Shown here: one piece after another, positions 63,444-64,000 of the stretch
Numbering within the stretch: position 1 is the first letter of the stretch
Layout of the letters: the number at the start of each line of letters is the position of its first letter
Assembly (NCBI GenBank): GCA_046290225.1
Contig: JBKAGE010000076.1
Location: 1-64,000, forward strand
Length of the DNA stretch: 64,000 bases
Direction: 5' to 3'
From: Bradymonadia bacterium
GTDB lineage: Bacteria; Myxococcota_A; Bradymonadia; UBA7976; UBA1532
The notes under the pieces: model-generated
Databases searched by the model: none
What the model was told of the DNA's origin: nothing
Seen by the model: the letters and a program-made list of their open reading frames with translations, nothing else
Position numbers and translations under genes: made by a program

Positions 63444-64000
63444 ATGCAGACCGACGACGCCCTCGATCAACTCATCCGGCAGGCTCTCGCCGAGTCGAAG
63501 CCCGTGGCTGACGCCAACGAGCAGGCGGATGATCACGACCTCGACGACGGGGCGTGGGCACAGTGGGCCCTCGGCACCCTGAGCGACGCCGCACGGGATC
63601 AGGTCGAGGGTCGGCTCGCAGCCGACGCCGAGGCCAGAGCCCTGGCTCAAGCACAGCGCGAGCCCGTGTCGGAAGACCTCGCGCAGTGGGCCCTCGAGCA
63701 ATGGGTCGATGTGCAGAGCGGCGCGTCGTCAAATCAAGCCGGACCTTCGGCACCCGCTGAGCCAGCCCCAACGACGTCGGACACAGACGGCAAGGTGGTC
63801 TCGCTCTGGGGCTGGCGCGCCTGGCCCCTGGCAGCGGCGGCCGCCGTGGCCATCACCGTGGGCAGCGTGCTGTGGTCCACCTCGGGCGTGGTGCCCGGAC
63901 CTCAATACACCGCGGGGCCGCTCATGGGCAGCGCCCGCACCATGCGGTCCGAAGAGCCCGGCACCGGCGTGTTCCTGCCCGACAGCAGGCTACAGGTCGA
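63444..64000 (+). CDS. Partial single-pass membrane protein, anti-sigma-factor-like (runs off the window)
   Basis: Open frame from ATG 63444 (GGGGAG RBS): MQTDDALDQ...WALGTLSDAARDQVE...KVVSLWGWRAWPLAAAAAVAITV. Absent from the ORF track because it has no stop in the window. Confidence 0.6.
   Translation, partial: MQTDDALDQLIRQALAESKPVADANEQADDHDLDDGAWAQWALGTLSDAARDQVEGRLAADAEARALAQAQREPVSEDLAQWALEQWVDVQSGASSNQAGPSAPAEPAPTTSDTDGKVVSLWGWRAWPLAAAAAVAITVGSVLWSTSGVVPGPQYTAGPLMGSARTMRSEEPGTGVFLPDSRLQV

Overview
GC-rich bacterial chromosome segment. The lipoproteins, Cys-rich repeats and collagen-like fibre suggest a Myxococcota-like organism (inference). From left to right: (1) the right end of an IS3-family element; (2) a visibly less GC-rich, roughly 10 kb accessory island carrying an iSTAND-MoxR-vWA ternary conflict system, with a catalytically degenerate calcineurin-like domain, three FGE-sulfatase (CLec-fold) domains and a divergent atypical ECF sigma factor, followed by a TA-flanked MITE; (3) a papain-like lipoprotein; (4) two tandem AAA ATPase/PD-(D/E)xK paralogs; (5) a DHOR-imelysin iron pair with a Fur-like box; (6) a six-gene AlkP/sulfatase-like/sulfotransferase operon; (7) a segmented collagen fibre ending in a phage tail-collar domain; (8) several secreted or lipoprotein genes and a 2OG-Fe(II) oxygenase/ATP-grasp-like fusion; (9) two hybrid kinases, a fructosamine kinase, cysD-cysN (with a decayed APS kinase tail) and yaaA; (10) an orphan LanB-N/PEARL-like enzyme next to a type I secretion trio with a degenerate ATPase; (11) a fascin-repeat secreted protein, a GT-C-like membrane protein and a truncated anti-sigma-like gene. 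No rRNA, tRNA, CRISPR array or reverse transcriptase was recognised. All calls come from reading motifs by eye; no database searches were run.
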